This document shows positions 1 to 11,389 of a DNA stretch of 64,000 nucleotides, piece by piece. A program made the translations under genes and the position numbers. Under the pieces are notes generated by a model that did not search any database, was not told the DNA's origin, and saw nothing but the letters and a program-made list of their open reading frames with translations. This stretch comes from Nageia nagi (lineage: Eukaryota; Plantae; Pinophyta), in NCBI GenBank assembly GCA_050084985.1, contig JBITNC010000001.1:98766001-98830000 (forward strand), given 5' to 3'. Within the stretch, counting starts at the first letter, position 1. The number at the start of each line of letters is the position of its first letter.

Positions 1-136
1 TTTCCGATCGAAACCTTAGGGTATCAGTCCTTACAAGAAGAGTTCAGTTTCGTGTTCTCACCTACATGTTGGGTTGCTTTCCTGTCTTGATCGTATGGGC
101 AATCGCCGAGTAAGAGGAAAGGTTTCGTTCATAACA
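1..136 (+). mobile_element. 3' end (U5) of a Tat-family LTR, truncated by the window start and nested in another LTR
   Basis: Ends GAGGAAAGGTTTCGTTCATAACA, matching the LTR ends at 46350 (GGAAAGGTTTCCATCCCAACA) and 55625; the upstream AACCTTAGGG...CAGTCCTT..AAGA motif is also shared. Confidence 0.75.
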
Positions 137-627
137 ATACCCCTTTGAGGTCTTGCTTCCTCTCTTAACCATTTGTGTTGTTGGCTAAAGAGAGAGGATT
201 AAGAGTGAGTGGAACCTAGAAAAAACCTGAAAGAGGTTGGCATCCAAACCTTACATTGGTCGGTGGAGTGTGATGTAAAAGTACTGAACGCATATACCCA
301 ACACTTATCCTATTTTACTTTTATCTTTCACTTTCTTTTGGCAGCCTTTGCACCCCAAGTAGGAGTAGTAATCAAGAAAACTCTTGCCAAGGTATTGGAC
401 AAAACGAGTCCTTGAACAAACAAATCTTATTTAAGGTTTGTAACAACTTCAAACAGTTTAGCCACTCTTTGAGCCTTGTTCCTGCCTATTCATTAGAGAG
501 ACACCTTTGAGATAACCAGTTCTCGTAGCGGAAGAGGGTAACGTCTTCTCACTTAAGGTGTTGGAGTTCTTTTGAGCCTTGCCACTAGCTTATCATTAAC
601 AAGGTAGGAAAGAAAAGCACCCCAACA
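137..627 (+). mobile_element. 3' part of a second Tat-family LTR
   Basis: Ends GTAGGAAAGAAAAGCACCCCAACA, like the minus-strand LTR end at 17733 (GTAGGAAAGAAAAAGCCCCTAACA). Confidence 0.65.
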
Positions 628-2708
628 TATGGGTTCATTTGCTTTATGTTATTTTCTTTATGCTTTTTTTAGGATGGGCTTAAGGACCATGATTTTACAT
701 GCTAGTCCCCTTGATTGCTTTTGTCACCTGAGGACATTAATATACTTTTTTTTTTTTAAAAATTTCAAAAGCATTCATTATTTTATCGAAGTATGTAAAT
801 ACTTTTATTCATCAGATGAATACAGTAGAAGAAAGGAGAAGAGAAAATGAGCTTCAAACCAACAACTGATTACACCTCCTGCTCATCATTTGATGATGCA
901 AATTGCGTGTTGGGATGCTTTTCTTTTCCATGTGGACCCTCTAAAAATTGCACGCATGACTTAGGAGATCCCAAGCAACATAGTCGGGAATGCATTACCA
1001 ATTAGCCTGTTTGAAAAGGACTTGTACCTCCAAGGCTCTTGTCGAAACAACTTACTTAACGACCCAACGTTGTGACGTTTAAGTTATGCCCGCTAAGTGT
1101 GTTCCTGGTCTAGGGATAGATAAAGAAAGTGTGGTATCCCTCTTTGAAATCAGCCTCAATAGAATGGAACGAGAGGTAGTAGTATGTTAACCAATGTTGT
1201 TTTATTCTTTGATGTATAGAGTTTATTCAAAACCTATGTATGGACTTAACGATTGTATTTGGATTTGAAAGCATAAATAAAGCATGAAGAAAGCATAAAG
1301 GAAATACAGTAAAAGGTGAAGGATAACACCTTGGAGACAAAATGGATACTTGGTCGGATATGAGTTTAAGGTTCACTGATCGGAAAGTGTCTAAGAGTTG
1401 ATCTCTTTTGAATCGGTTAAGGACTTTTCATCCAATTCATTCAACCTTGCAAGCAAACAACTTAGTGTTCGAATTGCTTGAAAGAGGAGCGGGGACAAAT
1501 GTCAATTGTCTATTCTCTACGAATAGGACCGATGCAATTGAATGGAAATGGAAAGTTTGAAAGTGGGAGGATCATGGTTTTGGATGAAGGACCTAACAAG
1601 ATGTCATGAAAGTAGAAACTGACATAGAATACCCAATCAACTTGTACATTAAGGATCAACCAACAAGCATAGGTAAGCTTCAAGCACTTTTTAAAGTTTT
1701 TTAGAGATAACTTGCATAAAGGTCGAAAGCTTTCAAAGGAATAAAACGAAAGTGCACAAACCAACTATGATTGTCCTCAAAGATTCAATCCATAACACCA
1801 ATATGTAAAATATCAAACTTAAGTCTTCGCATAACCACTTTGTATTATATTTGTAAAAGGAGGTGCCAAGATTTACAATTTGCTTTCAATTCTTAAAAGT
1901 TCTCTCTTCAAGATTGAATTGTTTGCTTCAGAATGAAGTCCCTACAAAAATGAGACCCTTGGCCTCTTATTTATAAAGTTTTGGAAACCAAAGGACTTTG
2001 AAACCTAAAAGTGAGTTTCAAAACCCTAATCCCTAATTGTGAAATTAAAAGCTAACTTAAAATGCTAATTGAAATTACATTGGACTTAGTGGAATCCACT
2101 AAGTTAGGCAATATTTGGCTTACATATCAAAAATTTGCCATAATAGACCCCTTTCTATTCATGCGATTGTGGGAAGATGACTTGTACATTTGTTGCGATT
2201 TTGGCTTCAAAGTCATCTCCTATGAATGCTTCCACGTTCTTGATGGCCCGATGGATTGTTTGGAGGACTCCTTTGTTTGGTAGCAGGTGCTCCAGGATGG
2301 CCTTATTGGTTTTGACTATTTCCTTGCAGCATGCGCAAGTCTAATTCCTCCTTTCATCTGTCTTCCTATCTTTAGGCTATGTGGATCCTCGGGACACAAC
2401 TTTTTTGCAATAGTGGTGTGTACTGTTGTTATCACCGTCATATACTCCTTGATGCTGCCGTTTTCTTCAAACAAAGGGACCTGGAATTCATATTCTCTCG
2501 CTTGCTCACTAATAAGGGTTTTGAGATGAGTCTTGGTGTATATGAAGTTGATAGACTTGATTTTGATGTAGAACAGATAATCATACAGATGGAACCAATC
2601 TATGCAAAAATCTAGTACGAATGGATGATGGGTTGTCCTTCTCCATACGTCAAACATTGCGGGGTATCGTTTCTTCCATTTGATGATCTTGTCTATTTTC
2701 TCTGCCTA

Positions 2709-2885
2709 AGAATGCGACCCCTCCTCTTCAATATAAAAATCTATCATGCTTGAGTGGAGTGCTTTGATAGCCTCAATAAGGTCCTTGGTCCATTCTTGCT
2801 TCAGAGCGGTGATTCCAGTATTTAAGTCAACCTGCTTTTTGATGTCTTCAATTGTCAAATTAGCAACCATGACTTCTTTGTCAAT
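2709..2885. repeat. Direct repeat copy 1 (~180 bp; copy 2 at 4157-4334)
   Basis: GAATGCGACCCCTCCTCTTCAATATAAAAAT...GACTTCTTTGTCAATC occurs twice, roughly 90% identical by eye. Confidence 0.9.
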
Positions 2886-3693
2886 CTCCATGTCCATGTC
2901 TGGGCTCTATCTCCAATCTACTGGGCGTTATTTCTTCAATCTCCCTGGTGTTAACATCAACTCTGTGTATCCGGGATCTGTACTTTGGGCGTTATTTCTT
3001 CCTCCATTCCCGGGTGTTATTTTCTCCATGTGTGGGCTCTATTTCCTTTCTGGCCTCTCCTACATCCCGTGCTTTGGAACTTAGAGACTACGAGGCTTAC
3101 CTCCTAGACTTTGGGCTGTAGTTCATCTCCTTCGGGTTACGCTTTGCCACGGGCGTTATTTAATCTCGGGCTCCCTCTCCATTCTGGTCCTTATCTCCAT
3201 TTCTCTGCTGCGGGTGGTAGGCTCCTTCGGGCACTGTCTCACTATTCCGAGACTTAACATTTTTTCTCCGGGCTGCATTTCCTCTGTGTGATGTTTTATA
3301 CTCCAAGACTTATTGATTTCGGGCTTTATTAACTCCGGGTGCTACCACTCTCCAAGACTTGTTGCACCCGCCGATTTTGGTGAGTGACATCACCATTTTA
3401 GAGGCCGGATCCTGGGACTTATTCCACTATCACATCCCTCTTGCATCAAAATTCGGATTTACACTATGGAAATGTCTATATAAGGGATTTCTACCCCGAA
3501 ATTAAATGCTCAATTGCGACATGAATTCTGAACATCGGCATTAACATTTTTGTACAAAAATGGTTGATCTACCTTCTACAACCATTTAATGTGATTTAGA
3601 TGTCGTGCATGCAAGGGCATGGGCTTCCTCTACTCTCTGTAGAAAGGACGACAAAATGTGTGCATGGAGCCATGCTGCATTTAATTGTATTTT

Positions 3694-3864
3694 TTTTTTT
3701 TTTGGTTGGTTAAAACTCCGGACCGTTGAACAATCCATACCCAGTGTTTGATTAACGTGTACGAAGGGGGGGTGGGTCCCTCGCCACACGATCCTCCCTG
3801 AGGATCGAACCTAGACTCCGCCTGTGCAAGGTGGCGAGTTGCCGCTCGACCCAGGCGGGATTAA
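3694..3864 (-). mobile_element. tRNA-derived SINE, young
   Basis: Minus strand has an A-box-like TGGGTCGAGCGG, B-box GGTTCGATCC and a poly(A) tail. Perfect 16-bp TSD CATTTAATTGTATTTT at 3678-3693 and 3865-3880. CpGs are intact. Confidence 0.9.
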
Positions 3865-6800
3865 CATTTAATTGTATTTTGACCAAGTAACATGTATGTA
3901 ATATTTTATTTTTTAGTATAAGTCTAGATAGCCTATCTGTAAGCAATAGGATGGAGGAGCAGATTAAAAAAAAGAAGTGTGTATGTTTTCCTATTAGCTC
4001 TGTGAGAGCCTTATAATAGTTTTACCTCTCTGCAATACATTTATTTTGGTCTCCAATTTATCTTGCTGTTTATTCTGCCTGTGGTTAGCCTCGCTGTGCT
4101 TTGGCTATACACATTTTTATTTGTTTTCTTTCAAAATCTTCAATTTTCTCCACTTGAGAATGCGACCCCTCCTCTTCAATATAAAAATTGGTCATGCTTG
4201 AGTGGAGTGCTTTGATAGCCTCAATAAGGTCCTTGGTCCATTCTTGCTTCAGAGCAGTGTTTCCATTATTTTAGTCAACCTGCTTTTTGATGTCTTCAAC
4301 TGTCAAATTAGCAGCCTTGACTTCTTTGTCAATCATTTTCTAACTCGCCACTTTCTTCTTTAATTTTTGGATCTCTAGCTTTAATAAGGTATCGGATTCC
4401 CTCAGCGCCCATTGCTTTTGTGATGATGCTGTGCGTCATTCCCAATGGGCCAGCAATCTTTGCAAGGGCCTCTTCTGTTTCAACTATGAGGACAAACTTT
4501 CCGGTACCAGCCTTGTTTTTTTTGGAGTAGAGCTTGTCCTTGTAGGTGACTTTACCTACAGTGGTGGTGAGAGTATCAATCTGTTGAAGTTCCTCATTTT
4601 CATCTTCGAAATCTTCTCCTTCGTAGGGATGATTTGAACTCAAATTAGCCATCACTGCAGCCATGTCGACGTGGGGTTCCATGGGTTGTTTTCCATAAGG
4701 AACCATCTCTTTGTCTTTGATGATTTCAACGTCATGCTCTACTTGTCTTATTTTTCTTCTCTGTTCTTCATTTTTTCCTTCATCCTCCTGATTTGCATCA
4801 TCTCCGCCTGAAGATGATGCCATTGTCCTGGGTCTTGATGTACCCTTCTCTGTTGATGTTGCCACGATCCTTGAGATGGTGGCATTTGTGACGCCTATTT
4901 CTGAGGAGCTGATTTTTGGGTGCCTGCTCCTGTTGCTTGCTATACAATCATATCAATTGCGAGATTTTCTTCATTAAGGATTTCTATTGAGTGGTCAGTG
5001 TCGACCCTATCAAAGGCAATATCTCGGTTCCCTTCCATGTCGATGTCGATGATTACACTAAGATCCATCTCTTCATTAGACTCTGACGATCTACTTGGTC
5101 CATACTAGTCAGAACTGGACGATGATGTGCTGGGGTTTGGATTTAGGCGCGTACCACTTCAATTCAAACCTTGCAGGAGATCTATCTTTTTTTGCAAGTG
5201 TTTGAATGGTTGAGAGATCAAGCTTGCTCTTTTGAGGTCCATGATGCCATTTTTCGTACCCATGACAGTTGTTTCAATGGTTTGTTCGGGGATGCTATTG
5301 GTAGCATACTACTCGTTCTGTCCTTGAGCCAGGGTTACTAAGGGTGATATTATGGGAATAACATACCCATGGCTTGGGGGTATAGTGACTTGTGCATTGG
5401 CTTTTAACCTGTCAGCTTCTTCGACTTCTCTCTATTTTTGTTGTTTCTTCAGCTCCTTGTGAATCCATTGAACCTGCAGGGCATCTGAATGTTCCTATAC
5501 CTCTCTATACTGCCAAGGGACTGGTGTGGATATGATGAGCTCCATGTCTTCTGGAAGAATGCATCAATCACTCCATTAGGATCATAGTGATCTGTAGCTA
5601 CCTCAGTCGGGAATTCATACAACGCCAGCTCTTGTTTGATCATATCAATCTGTTGCTAGGTGTTGCATTCATATTTCCCAATAATGACATGTAATTGGTA
5701 GGTGGTTGTGCCTTCTTTACCCATACCTTGTCATGTATTTATGCAATTGTCTTGAAAATTCCATGAGGATGAAACGATCACTTGCATAACGAGGTAGCTT
5801 GTAGGGGGCTTCTTTGGAACCATAGACTCTGAGGTATGTAGATTCTATGTCTTCCATAAAGAAGTTTACGTGATAGCAGCTTCATTGGATATTCTGCTAC
5901 ATTGGCTCTACCCATGATCTCTTCATAGATTTTGCCTTCAAAATCGATAGTCATCATCTTCAGTTTCCGTCGTTCCGATTTATTGTGAGCATAGAACCGT
6001 GGGTAATTTCCCACACTGGATGTGTGGGGTCATACAAATATTTGGTATTGGCAATTGAGGTTACCCTCTCCCTATCGTGAAGGAGTAGGTAAACAGGTAG
6101 GAGTTCATGTAGAATTCTTGCTTCTCTAAATAATTTTTAGTTGCTGAGCCAAGGAGTCACTAATCACTCTGCTCCACCTTCTGCCTTTACCACCATTGAT
6201 CAGATCTATAAACCCTACGATTTCCATCTAGAATTTGGTGTCATCTTTCTGTCTAGTCACTCTGGAAAGCATTGATATAAGTCTGGAGACTACAAGATAG
6301 AATTCTCCTCTATTAGGCTTTGCTAAGGCTTTCCCTGTGAGATGCTTGCGGTCATCGGACCAACGAATCTTTGATCAAATCAATGGAGGTCTCAGACTTT
6401 TGTAGAACCTCAAGGAGTCTTGCATGCTATATGATACGCCTTTGCTTGTCCAAGCGAATGCCCTTTCTATTCCTTTTTCAGAGAAATCCATGATCACCTT
6501 GTTTTTCATATCGAGGAGTCTTCGCCTTCTAGTGTCGCAATGCTTTCCTAGCTCGTAGCACAACTCAGGGAAGGGGGTGGCAAATGGCACCATAGAGGCT
6601 ATCACTAGTAAGGAGTTTTTCAGTGGGTCCTTTACGAGGGTACTTGGATCCATCAACTGTATTTTCATCAAAGTTTTGATGGGGTCTAAGGAGTTACAGT
6701 CTGTGTACCCAATTTTTCTCAATTGGTCAATGATCCTTGCGACAGGCATCACAGGATCTGTTGTATGTTAGAGTGTGATGGGGTTGTGCATTGTGAGTGT

Positions 6801-7689
6801 TCTTTGCTTCCTATCTTTGATATTCTGAGCGACTAACGCCATCTCGTTCCTGTCTAAGAGAACAACACAAAGTTATAAGAGTCCCAGGAAGCTTGTGGCA
6901 CTTTTTAGGTAGGCAAAGAGAAGTTTTTGAAAAATTTGGATCTTTTTACTCTAAGTGTGCCATCATCAAAAAATGCCAAAATTTACAATGTTAAAGGCCT
7001 TTTGGGTGAGTTTGGGGTAACACAAAGGTAACTGACTTAGGAAAATGCCTTGGTAAAAATTTGGAAATTTTGGAGAATTTTAAAATTTTAGCTCAAAAAG
7101 TTGACCTTTTCAATAGGAAAAAGGGTGAAATTTGGCAAACTGGCCAAATGGTGCCGGAATTGAGTTTTAACACCTTAGATGGATGGGGAATGAGTGGGAA
7201 AGATGTTTTAAACTTCGAAACAGCCAAAATGGACTTGAAAAAGACTTTTTGGAAAATTTTCTGGATTTTTTTTGAATTTTTTTGTGAAGAAATGAGGATT
7301 TTAGGTACTCAGATCTTGGATTGTATGTATTTTTTTTGTTATTTTTTGCTGAAAATAAAAGTTGATCACAAGGATAAAGGGTATCCAAAAAAGTGATCAA
7401 ACTTGAAATCTGAAAAATAAGTTTTTCAAGTGTTTGAGGCTTGGGAAAATGGGGTTTTGGTGTGAAAATCCTCAAAAGCTTGAAAAATGGAGTTCATGTG
7501 GGATGGAGGATGTTTGGATCTTGGAGTATGATGAAGTTTGGATGAATGGCAAAGATGCTAAGTGTTCAAATCATCCTCCAAGGGTGAAAATGGGTTTTGG
7601 TCTTCACTTCAATTCTCTAATTCTCAAAATTTTTGGCAGCATAAGGGTGCAAAATGGTAGTAGTGAGTGAAATGGAGGGAGTAAGGGTG

Positions 7690-7698
7690 TATTTATAG
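7690..7698 (-). promoter_or_regulatory. TATA box upstream of the LTR-encoded ORF
   Basis: CTATAAATA on the minus strand ~850 bp upstream of ATG 6842. An equivalent CTATAAATA lies at 43699-43707, ~750 bp upstream of the homologous ORF. Confidence 0.55.
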
Positions 7699-8119
7699 AC
7701 TTAGGGGGTGAAAAGGTGGCATATGTCAACACCACATCAACCCTAAGTGCAAATTTTGCATTTTGGAGTTTTTCCTCTCATGCCCAACGTTGGGAAAGTG
7801 GAGTAAAATGGGGAAATACGGCTGGATCTGCGCATAACTTTGGATGGAGCATGTTTGAAGCAATGTGGGGGCCCTTGGATGCAAAGATGATGGGTTTTGG
7901 ATGCTCTTCAACCTCCATGCTTCAGATTTGGATTTCAAATTTTGAGATTTTTTAAAAAAATATCCAAATTTCTTGAGTTTTCAGCCCTTCAAAGCAAAAA
8001 GGTGGTTTTTGGGAGTTTCCATGGACCAAATTGCACAAGTGAGAGACCAAAGTGGTGTAGAATCACACCACCTATCACATGGAGGCATTAAATGTCACGT
8101 TTGAGCAATTTGAGGGTCA

Positions 8120-9285
8120 AGGAGGCTAGGCACAGGTTTTGGGCTTGTTTGGAACTTTGGTGAAATGGCCCAAAACTTTCAAAACTCACCCTTAATGTTT
8201 ATGGAAGGCAAATCTTGAGCTTTTTGAAATCTTGCAAGAGTCAAAGGTGCTTAAAATTTGATTTGCTACCCTACCTTTCTCTCCAATTTTGATTTTGACA
8301 ATTTTGGAAAATTTTCAAGTCTCCCATTGGCTGATCCAATTTTTTTGATTTTGAGGGAGTAGATCCACTTTTCCAAAAACTTAAAACGTGAAACTTGTTC
8401 AAAATTGGATTTCCCATGCTCCTAGGATGGAAAAATTCGATTTGAAGCATTTTTGAGCCCTTCCAAGTTTGGCGCAGGTTTTGGGACTTTTGGGCCAACT
8501 TGGAAATTTGGGAAAAGAGGGAAAAACTCCTAAAACTGCCGCCTAGATTTTTGATGGGGAAAAGTTGATTTTTTTGCAAAATTGCAAGAGGAAATGTTAC
8601 TCACAATTTTATTTGCCACCCTACCTCATTCTCCTTTTTTGATTTGGCCAATTATGGAAAATTTAGAAAATTTTGGAGCTCTCTCATTGGCTGATCAAAT
8701 TTTGATGATTTGAGGAAGTAAATCTCATTTTTTGGAAAATTCAAATTGTCAAACTTGTGTGAAATCCCATTTTAGACCCCATGGAGATCAAAACTCTCAA
8801 TTTTTTGCAATTTTAGGGTGCAAGAAGGGTAGGCGCAGGTTTTAGGAGGAATAGGCCATTTTCGAAATTTGGCCATACAAGGGAAAAGAGGCAAAACCAG
8901 TGCCTAACTTTTTGAGGGGTATTTTTTAATTTTTTTCTAAAATTTCAAGAGTAAAGATGCCTAAAATTGGATTTGACACCCTACCTCTTCTTTGGATTTT
9001 CATTTTAACATTTTCCAAATTATGAAAAATTTGGAGCATTCCTGTTGTCTGTCCTTTTACTCTTTTTCCTGTTTTTTCCACTTTTGGTGGAGCAAAACTT
9101 GTCAAAATCGTGAACTTGAAAGACCAATTTGATGTAGAATCGCGATCTCCACGCTCCCAATCTTAAAAATAATAGGCCATTTTCAATCTAGGCCTCCCAA
9201 AAGGTGGGCGCAGGTTTTCAAGATAATAGGCCATTTTCAAGATTTGGTGAAGTGAGGGAAAACTTGCAAAACTCCCCCGTAGATT
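8120..9285. repeat. Degenerate tandem array (~345-375 bp period) in LTR U3
   Basis: GGCGCAGGTTTT-type motifs near 8126, 8471, 8831 and 9206, each followed ~70 bp later by AAAAC..GCCTA-like inverted copies. Confidence 0.75.
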
Positions 9286-10499
9286 TTCACGGTCAAAACT
9301 TGAGTTTTTTCGACAATTTCAAGAGGAAAGGGGCCTTAATTTGTCATTTGTCACCACAGCTCTCTCTCAGATTTTCATTTTGAGCATTTTGAAAAATCTC
9401 ATTTTTCGGGCTCTACTCGAAGCTTCTCGGATGCCAAAATGATTATTTTCTGATTTTACCCCCCAAGGGCACTCAAACTTGCTTTCCTGGTCCATTCCGA
9501 GCTAAACTATTCATTCTCGGCCTTTCCCGTCTTTTACGGGCCCAAACGGTGCATTTCTAGCATTGTCATCCTCTAAGTATACATTTCGACCATTTTCGGA
9601 CTTTTTCGAGCTCAAACAGTGAGAAAATGATCATTTTTGACATTTCCGGCATTTTGAGCTCGAAGTTTACATTTCTGGCCTTTCCAAACTCAAGATGTGG
9701 AAAAACGATCATTTTCGGCATTTCTCTGCATTTTCAAGGACTTTGAGCTCAACTTTGCATTTTCGGTCATTTCTGAGCATTCCGAGCTTAAACTGTCCAA
9801 AAGCACACATTTTTACCATACTGATCACTTTCGAGCTCAAAATTGACCAAAACGTGTTTTTCCGTGCTACTGACCATTTACTGGCTCTCCGGGCTCAAAC
9901 TTGACCAAAAACTCATCTTTTAGCCATAGTTGCCTTTTTTGGGCTCAAATTGTGAAAAAATGCACATTTTCGTAATCTTGACTATATTCACTACTCCTGG
10001 ACTCAAACTTGACAAAAAATGGTCATTTTGTCACCTTTGTTGCTCAAACTTACAAAAACGACGCCTTTTTCGCCTTGATGGCCATTCGTTCAAGCTCCAC
10101 TGTCTGGTTGCTATCATGATCCAAAACTACATATTGTGAGATGTCGCTTGAAATCGGGTCACTGGCTGCGTTGAACTCTTTTCATGATTTGGGGGCATTC
10201 TCATGCATTGTTTGATCATCCGGTCGCTCTAGGTTTGCATACTGACTGTAGGTTGATTATGCCCAGGCAATGTCGCTCATTGCCATTGCAAAAATTGGGT
10301 CCCCAAAATGCTGCATCTTGGGGTGTGTTGTGCGGGCACAACACCACCATATGTACATCTTCTTAGATTGTTTTGAACTTTCCACTGCTTTTGAAATCAT
10401 TTCATTACACATTGTATGTAAAGGACAGGCATTACCTAAGTGTGGCTTGATATCCTCTGCTAAATTCATTAGATAAGTCAATCATTTTCCCATGGCCAT

Positions 10500-10990
10500 T
10501 ACAAGTTTCTTTGCTTTGGCAGCCATCTTCTTGTGATGCGTATTCAGGGTAGAGTATACATGCTTCATTTTATTGAATTTCTTTAGTGTCTATTAGCACA
10601 CTACTCCAGGAAGACTCATGTTTAATGATAAAATTAGACATGCCCACTCTCAAACCGGTCATTGTTTCAGCATACAAATTTCCTTCTCTCATTATATGTG
10701 AAATAATGATTGAATGGATAGGCCATGAAGCCTTAACTATAGCTTGAACTTAATTAATTATCAGAAATGAATCTCCTTCAATCCTTATGATACCTAATTT
10801 ATTTTCATTAAAAGTTGCTGGCCCTTTCCATAAAGCTATGTCCTCTATCCCATTGTTTGTGTTAAATCCGATTCCCAAAGCATAATGGAGTACAACTGTG
10901 CCTCTTTCGTCTCTTATCAATCCTCCTGCCCTTGCTGGCCCTGAATTACCATTTGAAGCTCCATCAAGAACATAATTTGACCAAATCCTT
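10500..10990 (-). mobile_element. L1-type LINE remnant (RNase H domain)
   Basis: Minus-strand translation DGASNGNSGPARAGGLIRDERGTVVLHYALGIGFNTNNGIEDIALWKG resembles the DGAS-GNPG-AG-GG-IRD...TNN.AE motif of plant LINE RNase H. Confidence 0.75.
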
Positions 10991-11389
10991 TTGAGGATAA
11001 TAAAGCGTCTATTTTATATATAATAAGATGCACATTACATTTCTTTAATTATGCATATAACTTTTTATTAATTAGTATTTTTTATATATTTTCTATTTTT
11101 TAAATAAATCATATAAATTGATCCCTATCATTCATTTTGCAATTTGGACTGTAATAATAAAAAAAAATGATTTCACCATTTATCATTGAAGCTTATTTAA
11201 ACATTATTATGTACATTATATTATCATATTGATTACTATACATTGTTTTTGTGGTCATCAATATGGGTTATACATGGGCCCCCCACCTTGAACATTTATG
11301 ATAATATGTAAACTCTTATGGACAGGAACCTTGAGAGCGCGAATTAAAACAAGTCATAACCCACCTGAACTTGGGTGTGCAAAAATATC

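Larger units (their letters stand above)
2200..6842 (-). pseudogene. Degenerate large LTR-encoded accessory ORF (non-gag/pol)
   Basis: Collinear minus-strand ORF fragments 6375-6752, 5778-6014, 5449-5643, 4329-4865, 2706-2897 and 2316-2657, broken by stops and frameshifts. Candidate ATG at 6842. Peptides align by eye with fragments at 44455-45142, 49333-49811 and 18884-19908. The 3' boundary is approximate. Confidence 0.75.
908..10343 (-). mobile_element. Giant (~9.4 kb; ~8 kb without the internal insert) Tat-family LTR, probably chimeric
   Basis: Minus-strand start TGTTGTGCCCGCACAACACACCCCAAGATGC matches the TSD-bounded LTR start at 41352. Minus-strand end is GAAAAGAAAAGCATCCCAACA at 908. 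Contains repeat arrays, two TATA boxes and a decayed ORF. Flanks TTGCG/CCACC are not a TSD. Confidence 0.75.

Noticed and set aside
3780-3864. tRNA gene
   Set aside because: Has A/B boxes but no convincing cloverleaf, and carries a poly(A) tail and TSD, so it is a SINE.
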